DNA of 64,000 nt. Source: Marsupella aquatica. Its lineage: Eukaryota; Plantae; Marchantiophyta. Shown here piece after piece: positions 25,091 through 36,851 of the stretch (its first letter is position 1; the number at the start of each line of letters is the position of its first letter). The DNA lies in contig OZ316895.1 in NCBI GenBank assembly GCA_973895155.1, forward strand, positions 16,472,170 to 16,536,169, in the 5' to 3' direction. Below the pieces are notes generated by a model. That model saw nothing but the letters and a program-made list of their open reading frames with translations, was not told the origin of the DNA and did no database searches. The translations under genes and the position numbers were made by a program.

Positions 25091-26470
25091 TGCAGAAAAT
25101 GAAGGTGATCTTGAGTGGGTTTAAGTTGGCATGTAGCAGCTTTTCCTTTTCTTCACTTCGTATCATTATTCTAATATTTGATCTATGCTGTGAAATGCTC
25201 AAGAGATTGAATCCAGATCTGAGAATGGCATGAGATTGTAAACCATTGTGGGAGAGACAATCTCCAGCATCATGGCACCCCCGAATTTTATTCGTGCCAC
25301 ACTAAGTTGTTGGACGCAGAGATGTTTTGAGCTCGAGTTTTGTTCGACGCCGCCCCTGTTTCCTTACAAGGATATGAGTGAAATTTACCTGTGAAACTTC
25401 GATAATCTCCCAATTACGAGCTAATAGGATCGATTTCCTGATCTACAGCGCAATGATGTTCTGGCGACAGTAGATCGAGGGAGAGATTTCTGGGATCCTG
25501 ACAATGTGCAGTTTCCTGTTGTACTATACTTCCCTTTATGGCTGTCCACCTACTGAGGCCAGAGAGGCTCAGACTCAGACTCTCAGAGTCACCACCCTAA
25601 CCTACAAATCACTCCATGGCAGGAAGTTGCAACGTATCTAACAGAGCGACGCGGTCCCTGACTGTCGTACGTTCGGTCTCCGTTTTCCCTCCAATTTCTC
25701 TAATAAACAACTCATGTCCCCGGGCGAGACGCGTGAGGATCATGCTCATGCCTCTGCTCTTTCAGCACGCAAGTACGGCTCCATCCATTAATAAAAGCCG
25801 TCTCCCATCCAAGGGATTCCAAGCTCTTGTCTGGATGTGGTTCCTCATTCACCTCCGCAGTGTCCGTCTTGCAGCACGACGAATCAATGAAAGCTGTCAT
25901 GAATCGTCATGAATCCTGCTCAGGCTTCTGCAAGACTGCAACTCCGCTCTCCCCACTTCCCACCTCTCGTCGACCCAGTTCCCCGTCCGTATCCAGAGCC
26001 CCATGTTACCTGCTGTGACCACCATCGGCTCTGCTGCCTTCCGAGCAACACACACTGTTCATATCCACGAGCGAATTCAATTCCATCACATACTGTAGCT
26101 TCCAGATTTCCAGTCCTGTCACACTTTCTTGCAGTCCGAACTCCGAGCGAGGGCAACCTACGCCGTGGAGTTACAGCTCCATGGAGTTCCATCACCTCTG
26201 TCTCTCGTCTCCCTCCTTCAGGACGGGATTGAACGAGGATCGAAAAGGTTCCAACTTCCCATTCTTCAGTCGCCGTCGCGAGAGGCTGTGCCGCCATCGC
26301 CAAGAAGATACAACTGAGTGAGTACCCGAGGGGTCCTTAGGGTTAGGGTTCTCAGTTCGACTGCGCTCCGATAGTACAGTCCACTGTCTAAGTGCAGAGT
26401 GGATATCTGCATCCATTGGATAAATGCAGGCTGGTCATGTACTCCTGTAACATTAGGGAGCCATTAGGGA

Positions 26471-26646
26471 GAGATATGCTTAGTAGACCCCCTTTTGTAA
26501 AAAGTTTCCTTAATCAACCCCCTTGATACTTTTCCCCAATCTGGACGATTGATGGACCATTCAATCTCAGATCTGGACCGTTGATGGACCTCAGGGGGTC
26601 AATCAAGTAACAAGTTTCATTTGGGGGTAGATCAAGCAAATACCTC
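26471..26646. mobile_element. MITE-like element (same TIR type as 6114-6364)
   Basis: Imperfect TIRs GAGATATGCTTAGTAGACCCCC ... GGGGGTAGATCAAGCAAATACCTC, with internal TTGATGGACC repeats. Confidence 0.55.
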
Positions 26647-26748
26647 TATATTAGGGGGTTTCTAATATGGGGAGTCATAGGTGTTCCCATGAGGTTACAA
26701 TTTTCAAATAATTATGGGGAGTCATAGGTGTTCCCAGGAGGTTACCAT

Positions 26749-29700
26749 TGTAGAAATTTCTCATGTATATGATTAGTCCCTTAAGAGCGGGAAATTAAAT
26801 ACAATTATGATCAGTAGATCATTAGAGTGCGGGGAGAGAAGAGTGTAATGGTTGGACAGGAGATGCCTAGCAGGACCTGAAGTGTGTCTAGAAGAACAAA
26901 CAAAGTAGCATCCACTTGGTTCCTAATATAGCCAGGCAGCCCACCTTAATATAAGGGAACCTGAGTACCCTCATTAATCACCAAAGTCAGCGAGATTAAT
27001 GTTAGCTTCCAACACCCCCTCTCAAGCTGGGCTCTGAAAAGATCAGGGTATCTGAGTCAGGATATGAGCCTCCTGGGTAGGACTGGTGGAAGACAAATGT
27101 TTTAGTGGAAGATAGTTTCACCATGGGAATTCCAAGTGAATTCAAGATGATGTATTATCACATTGTAAGTGAATATAACTTGATCATTGCAGTATCCTTT
27201 GCTGACCTCATTCCAATTGCTTTCCCGTGTTGTTCAAACTTGATTCTAGGTAGAACTTTTGTCAGAATATCTACTGGTTGTTCATGAGTCGAAACATGCT
27301 TAACAGACAGTTCACCGGCAAGTACTCTTTCTTGGATGAAATGGTGATGGATCTCCAGGTGCTCCGTCCTCCTATGAAAAACCGGATTCTTGGCAAATTT
27401 CAGTTTGCTGATGTTACCGCAATTTAAGTGCACATCTTGCTAGTAAGTAGTGAGCGGTTGAGAGATCAGAAGCGATTGTAGCATCCTTGCACCGTATGCT
27501 CACAGGTGTGATTGCTCGTTGCTGTAGCTCTTTGATCAAACGTTTAAGGTAAACACCTTCCTGAGCCCTGTCTGACAGTGCCTGGTATTCAACTTAATAC
27601 TCCATGTAATTGGACCAGATGCAAGAGTGAACAAGTACCCACCTGTTGACCTTCTAGCTACTGTCTGAGCACAAGTTTTGCCAATCAGAGTCCGTGAACC
27701 CTTGTAAGTCACTGTTGGGACATGCTTGAAAGAATATCCCCAAATCAGCAGTGTTGTTGATGTACCTGAGAATGTGGGTTGATGCGTCCCAATGGCCCTG
27801 CGCAAGTTGGGACATGAATCAACTAACAAGTCAAACTGCATAGGAAAGATCTGGTCTCATACTAGTCAAATAGATGAGCTTACCAACTAGTTGGCAATAC
27901 GGAGTTGAGTCGATGTCACTGGTTCCAGTCTCAGCTGAGAATGTGAGGGTTTCTTGAAGTGGAGTTTTTGTTGGCCTGCATTCCTCCATATTATAATCTT
28001 GAAGCAGTTGCTTTGAGTACTCAGTTTGATGCATGAGAATTCCATGACTGGTGATCGAGAAGTCTACCCAAGATATGTTTTCACTGCCCCTAGATCTTTC
28101 ATCTCACAATTAGCACTGAGTTTTGACTTGAGATCTTTGATCAGTGCTGTACTAGTGCTGGTAATGAGAAGATCGTCAACCAACAACAATATCACTACTA
28201 ATTCACCATCCTTCTTGCCTAAGTAAAGATTTGGATCCAATGAGCTTTGTTCACAGCCAATGGAATGGAGAAAAGAATCTACTTCAACATACCATGCTTG
28301 TGGACTCTGCTTGAGTCCATATATGGATTTAAGGAGACGACACACAAGTTTCTCCTTGCCTTGGACTTCAAACCAGCTGGTTGATTCATGAATATGGTTT
28401 CTTATAGAGTACCATTCAGAAAAGCTTTTATTACGTCCATTTGAGAGATTGGTCATCCATATGCAACTGCCATTGCCACTATTAATCTTACTATGGACCA
28501 TCTAAGTTACAACTGGAGCAAATGTCACCTCAAAATCTAGTCTAGGTCTTTCCTCGTTCCCCCTTGCCACTACTCTGACTTTGGGTCAGACTTTTCTAGC
28601 ATGGTCTACTTTGTCTCTCAGTACCCACGCTGGGAGAGAGAGGTTTTTGACGGTCTGGAAGCTCAACCAGTTCCCAAGTGCTATTGCATTCATGGGCATC
28701 CATTTCTGATTTCATTGTGGCTGACCATTCCCTATCCTGATTTGCATCTTCAAAGTAGATGTCATTTGAGCCCGCAATTGAGGAGTCAGCTAGTAGAGAA
28801 TAGCAAGATCCTGGTATGGGGATGCTATGTACATGTGGTGACCCAAGAAATGATGATTATTTGACCTTATATGTGTTGATAGTGATCAAGGTGGTGGTAG
28901 CAGTTTGAACCTTCGTAATCTGGTAAATTGCAATGGAGCCAATGTTTCTGTGGTCTACTGAGGTGGCTTCGATGCTCCTTGCTCATATGGATGATTGTCT
29001 TCGGAGTTGCTATCTTTGTTGAGTCCCATGTTGTCTTGATTGAGCATTGAATTCCCCTCTTGAGGGATAGTGGATCCCTCAATGATGGGAGAGAAAGATG
29101 GAGTCAACGACGGTTGATTATTGTCAAAGGGAACATGTCAAAGAGGCTGATCGACAAAGTGGGTTCAGGAGAGCAATCCCCAGATTGCGATCGTCAAACA
29201 CTACATTAATTGTGGCTAATGAGTATTCGTTTATGGACTAGATTGAAGCATTGATAGGCCTGGTCATCATACCCTACCAAGATGGATCAAATGGACCTTG
29301 TACCTAGTTTTTGACATAAGTGTGAAGGGACATAAACATATGTTGTACAACCAATGGCTCGAAGGTGCTTGAGAGAGGGTTTCACATTGAAAAGAGCTTT
29401 CTAGGGGGTACTTGCATTTAGTGCCCCTGTGTTGCAATGGTTGTTGATATAATTGATGGTGCCAACCAATTCTCCCTAGCGAAAGGCACAAATATTTGAT
29501 CCAATGGCCAAACTTTGCACAATTTTGAGAAGGGTGCAATTGTTGTGTTTTGCCATGCCATTTTGGTGAGGGGTGTAGGCAAGTATCAGTTTTTGGCGGA
29601 CGTTGTGGTGAATCAAGTATTGAGTGAAGGAGTGAGATAGAAACTCACCACCCCAATTGCTTTGAAGATAGGAAATTTTATGAGAGAAATGGTTTTTGAG

Positions 29701-31990
29701 TTGAGCTTTAAAGGCTTTGAAAGTATCAAAAGCCTCAGCTTTTGATTTGAGCAAGTAGACCCAAGAGTGCCTTGAATAATCATCTATGAGAGTCATGATA
29801 TATAGATGACCATGATTGTAGCAATTGTAAGAGGCCCACACAAATTGGTGGAGTTGAAGGGGCCAAGTTGACCGATGGCTGGACGCCTTAGGAATGTTCT
29901 GTTGATGTTGCCTTGCTTGTACATATATATTGCAGACATGTGTAAATAAGGATATGATGGGAGTTCCATCAAGAAGATTATTCTTGCTCATGTATTTGAG
30001 GCGCTAAGGACTAGAGTGACCAGACCACTTGTGCCTGAGCTTGCAGGTTGATTGTGGCATGGGCCCGGACTGAATCAAGCTGCATGCAATGGCCGGATAC
30101 ACTATGATGCTTGATGAGCCAGCCTGTGTTGTAAGATTGAGTGGTATCAATCGTGGGACACTGCGGTAAGTCAAGACCATATAGTCTACTATAAGGGTCT
30201 CAAAATTCTTTGAGAATGATCCAATACAGTCTACTGTAAAGGTCTCAAAAGCCTTTGAGAAAGATCTCAAATGGTTTTTGATAATCCATTATGTAGCAAC
30301 GATCCGAGTTGAATACAGAACTGTATGACCTTTATCGGTAAGCTTCTATCTATTGATAGCAAGTTCTTAGTTACTCCCGGCATGCACAAAACATCAGAAA
30401 GAACTTTAATTCTGGAGATCTTGATGTGGCCAATGCCTAGCGCAGGCATCTTGGTTCCACTTGCAGTGAGAACATTGGTACCGTTGGACTTAATGTTGCT
30501 GAGCTTGGAGAACAACTTCTTATCACGACTGATATGAGTAGCAGCTCCTAAATCTAGAACCCTGGATTGTGCTTTGCTGGAGCTTCTTGGTTTGAATTTG
30601 TTCACCATAGGCTCTATATATAGTACTAGGTGCAGACTTAGACTTGCTACTCTCACCTTTGTCAGGGTCGTCATTGCCCAAGTTAGTTCCTTCAGTGGCA
30701 AGATAGGACTTTGGCGCTAGATCCTTCAGATCCTTCATCTTCAGGTGCATGTCACAAAGTTGATTGACCGTCATGTTCTTGACTTTATTGCTGATTTCCT
30801 TGATGTAGCAGTCTGATTCTGTGCGACCATGCTTGCCATAGTAGTTGCAGCTGTTGTCGCCACGACCGATTCCTCGTCCACGGGCACCCCTTCCTCATCC
30901 TGTGCTGGGTCAATGTTGGTAGGTTAATAGATTGACATCATATGATTCATGACGAGGGTTGCGTCACACCTCTTCAGCTTGGAGGAGTTTTCCAGATCTG
31001 CAAAAGTGACATTTTGTGTCTTTTGAGCACAATATACCATAAACAGACTTGAAAGTACCCAACTTTTGGGTAAATTTTTGAGAACAATCTGAATTAGTTC
31101 GTTATTGGGAATCTCCTTTTCTACAAGTCCAAGCTCCATGATGTGTCAGTCAATTTTCTTCAAGTAGTCTTCTACACAGATAACTTCCATCATCTTAATA
31201 TATAGTCAACAAGAAAAAACTTTAGATCAAGTATTCTCTGCAAGGGTGATGGCTTGTACTTTCTCTTGAGTGTTGCTCGGAGCCTATCAAGGTCAGTACG
31301 CAGTCGACCCACATACAGTAGGATAATAGATGATGTTACCATCTTGGTAATAATGATTATTATCCACTCCTTGTGCTTTTCAAAGTTGGGGTTGGCTGCA
31401 CCTAGGACACCAATGGTGATCCCACTGCTCGTGGATGCTCTAGGTGATGAAGATCCCGAGGCTTGCTAAGTGCCGGTTCCATTGCTCATAGATGCTCTAG
31501 ACGATGAAGATCCCAAGGTCTGTTGGCTACCAGTTACATTGCCTCCATGGGTCGCATGATCAACAACGTACCACAGATCCTTCTCCCTTAAGATCTGTTC
31601 AAGAATGAACACCCACATTGTGTAGTTTTGGGCACCAACAAGCTTGTCACTATTTGAGAAAGTGATCTTGGTGACGTCCAAAGTCTAAAGAAGCCTAAGG
31701 CTCTCATACCATGTAGAAATTTCTCATGTATATGATTAGTCCCTTAAGAGCGGGAAGTTAAATACAATTCTAATCAGCCGATTGATGCTGCCTTAGAGAG
31801 AGAGCACAGAGATAAGGGTGTCCTGGCTGGACAAGAGATGCCTAGCAGGACTCGAAGTGTGTCCAAAAGAACAAACAAAATAGCATGCACTCGGTTCTTA
31901 ATATAACCAGGCAACCCACCTTAATGTAAGGGAGCCTGATATCCTAATTAATCACTGAAGTTAGCGAGATTTACCTGCTAACTTCCAACA
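26749..31990 (-). mobile_element. Full-length but degenerate Ty1/Copia LTR retrotransposon
   Basis: LTRs at 26749-27014 and 31712-31990 (TG...CA, visibly diverged). TSD ACCAT at 26744-26748 and 31991-31995. The PBS is TGGTATGAGAGC (iMet, 1 mismatch) at ~31711-31700 and the PPT is GAGAGGGGG next to 27015. Fragmented ORFs in Copia order: gag (KLVGAQNYTMW), protease (VLDLGAATH), integrase (LIDDYSRHSWVYLLK, TPHQNG), RT (KSIYGLKQSPQAW, LLVDDLLI), RNase H (NPVFHRRTEHLEIHHHF). Confidence 0.95.
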
Positions 31991-33663
31991 ACCATTGCCC
32001 GTGACCAGGGGTGCGGGCGAGTTTAACAACAACCAGTAATTTGGACACCTCAATTGTTTAAGGCCCGCACGCGTGACTTCTGGGTGGAAAAACTAGTCAC
32101 AATAGTGTCCATTTAGCACAAGGACTACCTCAGCATACACAGAAGAGTGAGTACGACACAAAGCATGGCTCATGAGTTCACACTTGGCCCGTGGTGGTCA
32201 CCAATCGGCCAAGTCTCTGTCCGGGAATCAAGAAACTGCGTGGGAGGAGTGTGTAGGCTAGCCTGAGGATGTCCTGCACATTTTTGGTCCACTTCTGCCC
32301 GAACCTAACTCGGGCTCCCACAAAACTCTACGTCTCGGTATTTGAGACCCTTATTAGAGCATCCACACTGGATTTTCAGGCCAAGCCCCTGCACCGGCCA
32401 AAGTTGGTAGGGGCCCGGGTAGGGGCGTGGGGCCTGCATCTTCTCAGGCCCCACGAACTTGTAGCAATTGCACCAACACCTGGCCTAACTGCAAAAACCC
32501 ACCAATTGGACACCTAAATGCCAAATTGGAACATCATAGCAAACCTTGTGTGTGATGTAGACATGTTGCGAGCAACATAGAGCCAAGTTTTGCAGTGCTA
32601 GAATATGAGGAATGGCGACTTGGTAAACAGGGAATATGGCAGTTGGCAAACCTTGTTGGGGCATGGGCTGCAAACACTTTGGGGATCCCCACATATGTCA
32701 CCCTGATGGCCCAATGCAAGGCACCAGTGTGGATGCTCTTTACAGTTTGTGTCTTAGTAAATGTACCAAAAAATTGCAATTTTTGTGAGTGCATTTCACC
32801 CCTCGCTAAATGACAAATGTATAAGTGCATGTTTGTCTATAAGTGTTCACCTGCATTATTTTATTCGTCTGCAAAGAGTGCACAAGATGCTTTTATTGAT
32901 AAGAGCTTGCCAATGATAGCATATACTATTAGATGCACTTATCCACTTCTGAAGGGGCTGTATGAGGGTTAAGGGTATGAGGACTTTAGGGTGTGAAACC
33001 TAGCAGCAGGGTCTTGATTGCAATACCAAACCCCAAACTTGGAGTGATTGAGAGGGCACCGAGAAGTGCATTCATTGGGTACCGATTGGGTATTGATAAA
33101 TAAAGTAAAAGTGTCCTTGCACTTATTAGGTGATGTGTCCAATAAAATGTCTCAAAGCTTGGAAATACCAGGATAACATCTTCTCATTCTCTTAAATGTC
33201 CTACAACAGTTAAAGTTGATCTTTGGCTACCATAAGGAAAGCCGGTGGCTAAACACTTAACCAATAACCTTAACAATTTTTCTGTAACTTTAGACATGAA
33301 TCCAAAATTTTGAAAAGCTATGATTGAGAGCACTTGGGGCTTTGTTTATGATGTGCTGCTGCATTTGGGGTGGCAACTTACCAAGAATGAAGAAAAAGAG
33401 ACATATGCAATGAGATTGAGGTGAGGCCCTCACCTTTGCCTTCCGGGGCAGATCAATGTTGCCTCCCCCCATTAAAAAAAATAGGGCGTCTCAAAACTAG
33501 TTGAGAAGTAATTTCCCATGGAAAAGTACATTAGTCCGTCAAAAGTTGTGAACTGCCTAAAATAGCAGTCGATAACTGTTACGTACACTAACATCTTCCT
33601 GCGGGGGGCAGAGGATGACCACCAAACCCTATGTTTGAGACGCCCTAATCCAGTCCCATAAGC

Positions 33664-33830
33664 AAAGTTACCAGATAGACCAGATATTAAAAACTTTGAG
33701 CCTGGGCCTAGCTTTGAGACACACCCTAATGGATGAGTGCAAGCTTGCAAACTTACCAGATAGACCATATATTAATAACTTTGAGCCAGGGCCTAGCTTT
33801 GAGGCACCCTAATGGATGAGTGCAAGCTTG
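33664..33830. repeat. ~85-bp tandem duplication
   Basis: AAA(G/C)TTACCAGATAGACCA...CCCTAATGGATGAGTGCAAGCTTG occurs twice in tandem. Confidence 0.85.
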
Positions 33831-34049
33831 GGGCAGTAGCTTCCACTTACACACGGTGGACTGAACACCTTTGATTGTAGACGTACTATAGTACTGTACC
33901 ATGCCACCCGCCCACCTACCCAGTACTGGGGGCCCAACTGGAACCCACAACTTCTCCAGTGCCTCGTCCTCCTCGCCTACACTCGAGTAAACACGCATGT
34001 GAGAGAGATCCTGAAAAGACAGATGTGAGAAAGCGTGTAACTTGATTAG

Positions 34050-35087
34050 GAAACGATCTGAAAGAATCGTCTTGAGAGATACTGTGTAATCCCAATGGCC
34101 AAAGATGATTCAATTTGGGGGACTTTGGCTTCAGACTGGAGAAACCATCGTCCTTGTCTTGGTGAGGACAGGAGTCACGATCTGAAAGAGTGGTGTTGAG
34201 AGATCCTGTGGAAACTCAAGGGGCAAAGGTGATTTCAATCTTGGGACCTTTGGCTTCAGAATGGAGAGAAAGCATCGTCCTTAGCTTGGTTAGGACACGA
34301 GTAATGATCTGAAAGAATCGTGTTGAGAGATACTGTGGAACCTCAAGGGCCAAAGAAGATTCGACTTTGGGACCTTTGGCTTCAGAATGGAGAGAAAGCA
34401 TCGTCCTTGCTTGGTTGTGACAGGAGTAACGATCTGCAAGAACCGTGTCGATAGATACTGTGGAACGCAAGGGCCAAAGATGATTCGATTTTGGGACTTT
34501 TGGCTTCAGAATGGAGAGAAAGCATCGTCCTTAGCCAGGTTGGGACATGAGTATCGATCTGAAAGAATCGTGTTGAGAGATATTGTGGAACGCAAGGGCC
34601 ACGATGATTCAATTATGGGACTTTTGGCTTCATGGAGAGAAAGCATCATCCTTGGCTTAGTGAGGACTGGGTTGGGACAGGAGTAACGAACTGAAAGAAT
34701 CGTCTTGAGAGACACTGTGGACACCCAAGGGCCAAAGATGATTCAATTTGGGGATCTTTGGCTTCAGAATGTTCTTTCAGATTGGAGAGAAGGCGTCGTC
34801 CTTGCTTGGTCAGGACTGGTTAGGACAGGACTAATGATCTGAGAGAATCGTCTTGAGAGACACTGGGAAAGCCCAACGGCCAAAGATGATTCCATTTTGG
34901 ATCTGTGGGTTCAGAATGTTCCATCGGATTGGAGAGAAAGCATCGTCGTTTGCTTGGTTGAAACTTAGTTAGGACAGGAGCAACGATCTGAAAGAATCGT
35001 CTTGAGGGATGTTGTGGAAACCCAATGGCTAAAGATGATTCCATTTTGGGACATTTGGCTTCAGAATGGTCGTTCAGGTTGGAGAGG
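34050..35087. repeat. Tandem array of 8 units of 124-149 bp
   Basis: The anchor GATCTGAAAGAATCG recurs at 34055, 34179, 34306, 34431, 34556, 34688, 34836 and 34985. Units share GGCCAAAGATGATTC..TTTGGCTTCAGAATGGAGAGAAAGCATCGTCC. Confidence 0.95.
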
Positions 35088-36851
35088 CAAGGGATCTTCT
35101 GTCAGGCGTTTCAGCCGCAGATGCAGTTCTACTGAGGAGAGGCAAAAATGTACGACCTGTCTACAGCATTGATCTCTTCAAACTCGGACCAGAAGTCGTG
35201 AAACCAGAGCTCATTCACATTTTTGCTCGCTGCTTCTTCGTTTTCGCCGGATAGTTGGAGAAGAGTCCCAGTATACACCGTCCTGCCCATACCTCATCCT
35301 TAAGAATTTTTTCTTCCGTAGGCAATTGAGAAGTCATTATTAGTATGTAGTTTGTAGCCTGGTTACACTCTTCCTTTCACGTTAGGGTGGGTCTAAAATT
35401 GCGAGTGACAGGTCTGAGCGCGAAATTAGGATTCTTGGCTTGCGGTATTAATTTTCAAGTCAATCTATGTGCCTTGATCTGCAAGTACAAGTGATCAACT
35501 ATATGGTCTAGAACAATAGACCTGGTCAGATTGTCTTGTGGTTTTAGCTTGGATCGTCTCCCACTCTATGAAATTGAGAGCGTTCTTCCACTAAAGTTCT
35601 GCCCGTCACTGAACTGCTTTCTCGTGCAATTCTCTACAGGGAAATTTTTAAGGGCCTTACTGTGCCAGAGGCATCTGCAAGATGTAATATGTACGATTTA
35701 TACACAGCTTAAGCCAATCGTTTCAATATCTGCAAAGCAGCTGACGGAACATCGTCCAGCTATATCGACCTAATCAATTTTATGAAAGGTACGGTGAAAG
35801 AGGTACGTAGCTCATTCTGTTCTATCGTAATAGTCAATCGGAGTGGTTCTTGCAGCCTCTTGCTAAGGTCACCGTCAACGAGTCTTGTTAAGGTTAGCTT
35901 CACTCATTCCGAGTTGAGACGTGTCTGCGGTAAGAGCTCATAGCACCGTAGTCAGAAGCTGTCCTAAACATTATTGGCAGATCCTGTCAAGTTTTTTGTG
36001 AGATGGTGATGCTTTCAGCTCAAGCCGAGTGCAACGAAGGCTCAATAAAAATTGAATGACGTAGCATATCTGCATTCAAGAAAACCAGTGATTTTTAGAA
36101 AGAATACAGACGAACGGTTAACTTCGTGACCCAATCCACGGTCCAAGGTTTCCAGTAATCTGGAAGGTCCTTTGAAGTGATGCACTCTACTGCCTGAGTT
36201 GAAGCTCTTTTCGCTATGCACATGGTACTGTGGTTGAAGACTGATCCGCAATTGTAGACTTAAGAACTAGAAAGGCATTTCAGGGAATGTGGGGACTCCA
36301 AGTAACAGCAATGTCTGCTTACCTCCTTGGAAAATAGCTTAGGTGTGAGCATGTGCTTTAATGAACTTCGAGTGAAAATTGAAGTGAAGGCACAGGTAGA
36401 ATTTTTTGTCTTGTTGTGCACTCGGTTTATATAGGTCATTTTGTCTAAGAATGCCAAAAAATTAAACCCTGAACTTGTCAATTCAAAGCTTTCCCCAGTT
36501 GGCTACTTGCATTGTAGCGGTCGATAAGTTCCTTGATTCCTCAAAGGGCAGATTCTATTAAATTATTGATTTCCTGAAGGTCTCTTCCCCTGGCAACTAT
36601 TTTGGGAATGATATTGTAAGGGTGTAGCCCTCGTGGTTTGTGCGACTTACGCTGAAGTATGGCAAATGTGGTCTCTTCTCATGTGTTTATTAAGTGGAAC
36701 GTGAATTTCACATGTAGCAGATCGAGATCATTCTCCACATTGACGAACTACAAAAAATTGGAGCTACAATCTCACAGGCTATTAATATCAAATCCTATTT
36801 GAGTTGTTAGTCGTGTACAAAACTTAACACAAATGTATCTCTACGTTGCAG

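Noticed and set aside
27791-27806. ATGGCCCTGCGCAAG resembling U6 snRNA
   Set aside because: It is the antisense of Copia RT codons (MSQLAQGHW), and no other U6 sequence flanks it.
32500-33300. Possible transposase or gene fragment (LEYEEWRLGKQGIWQ...)
   Set aside because: No motif I can assign; the ORFs are short and interrupted.
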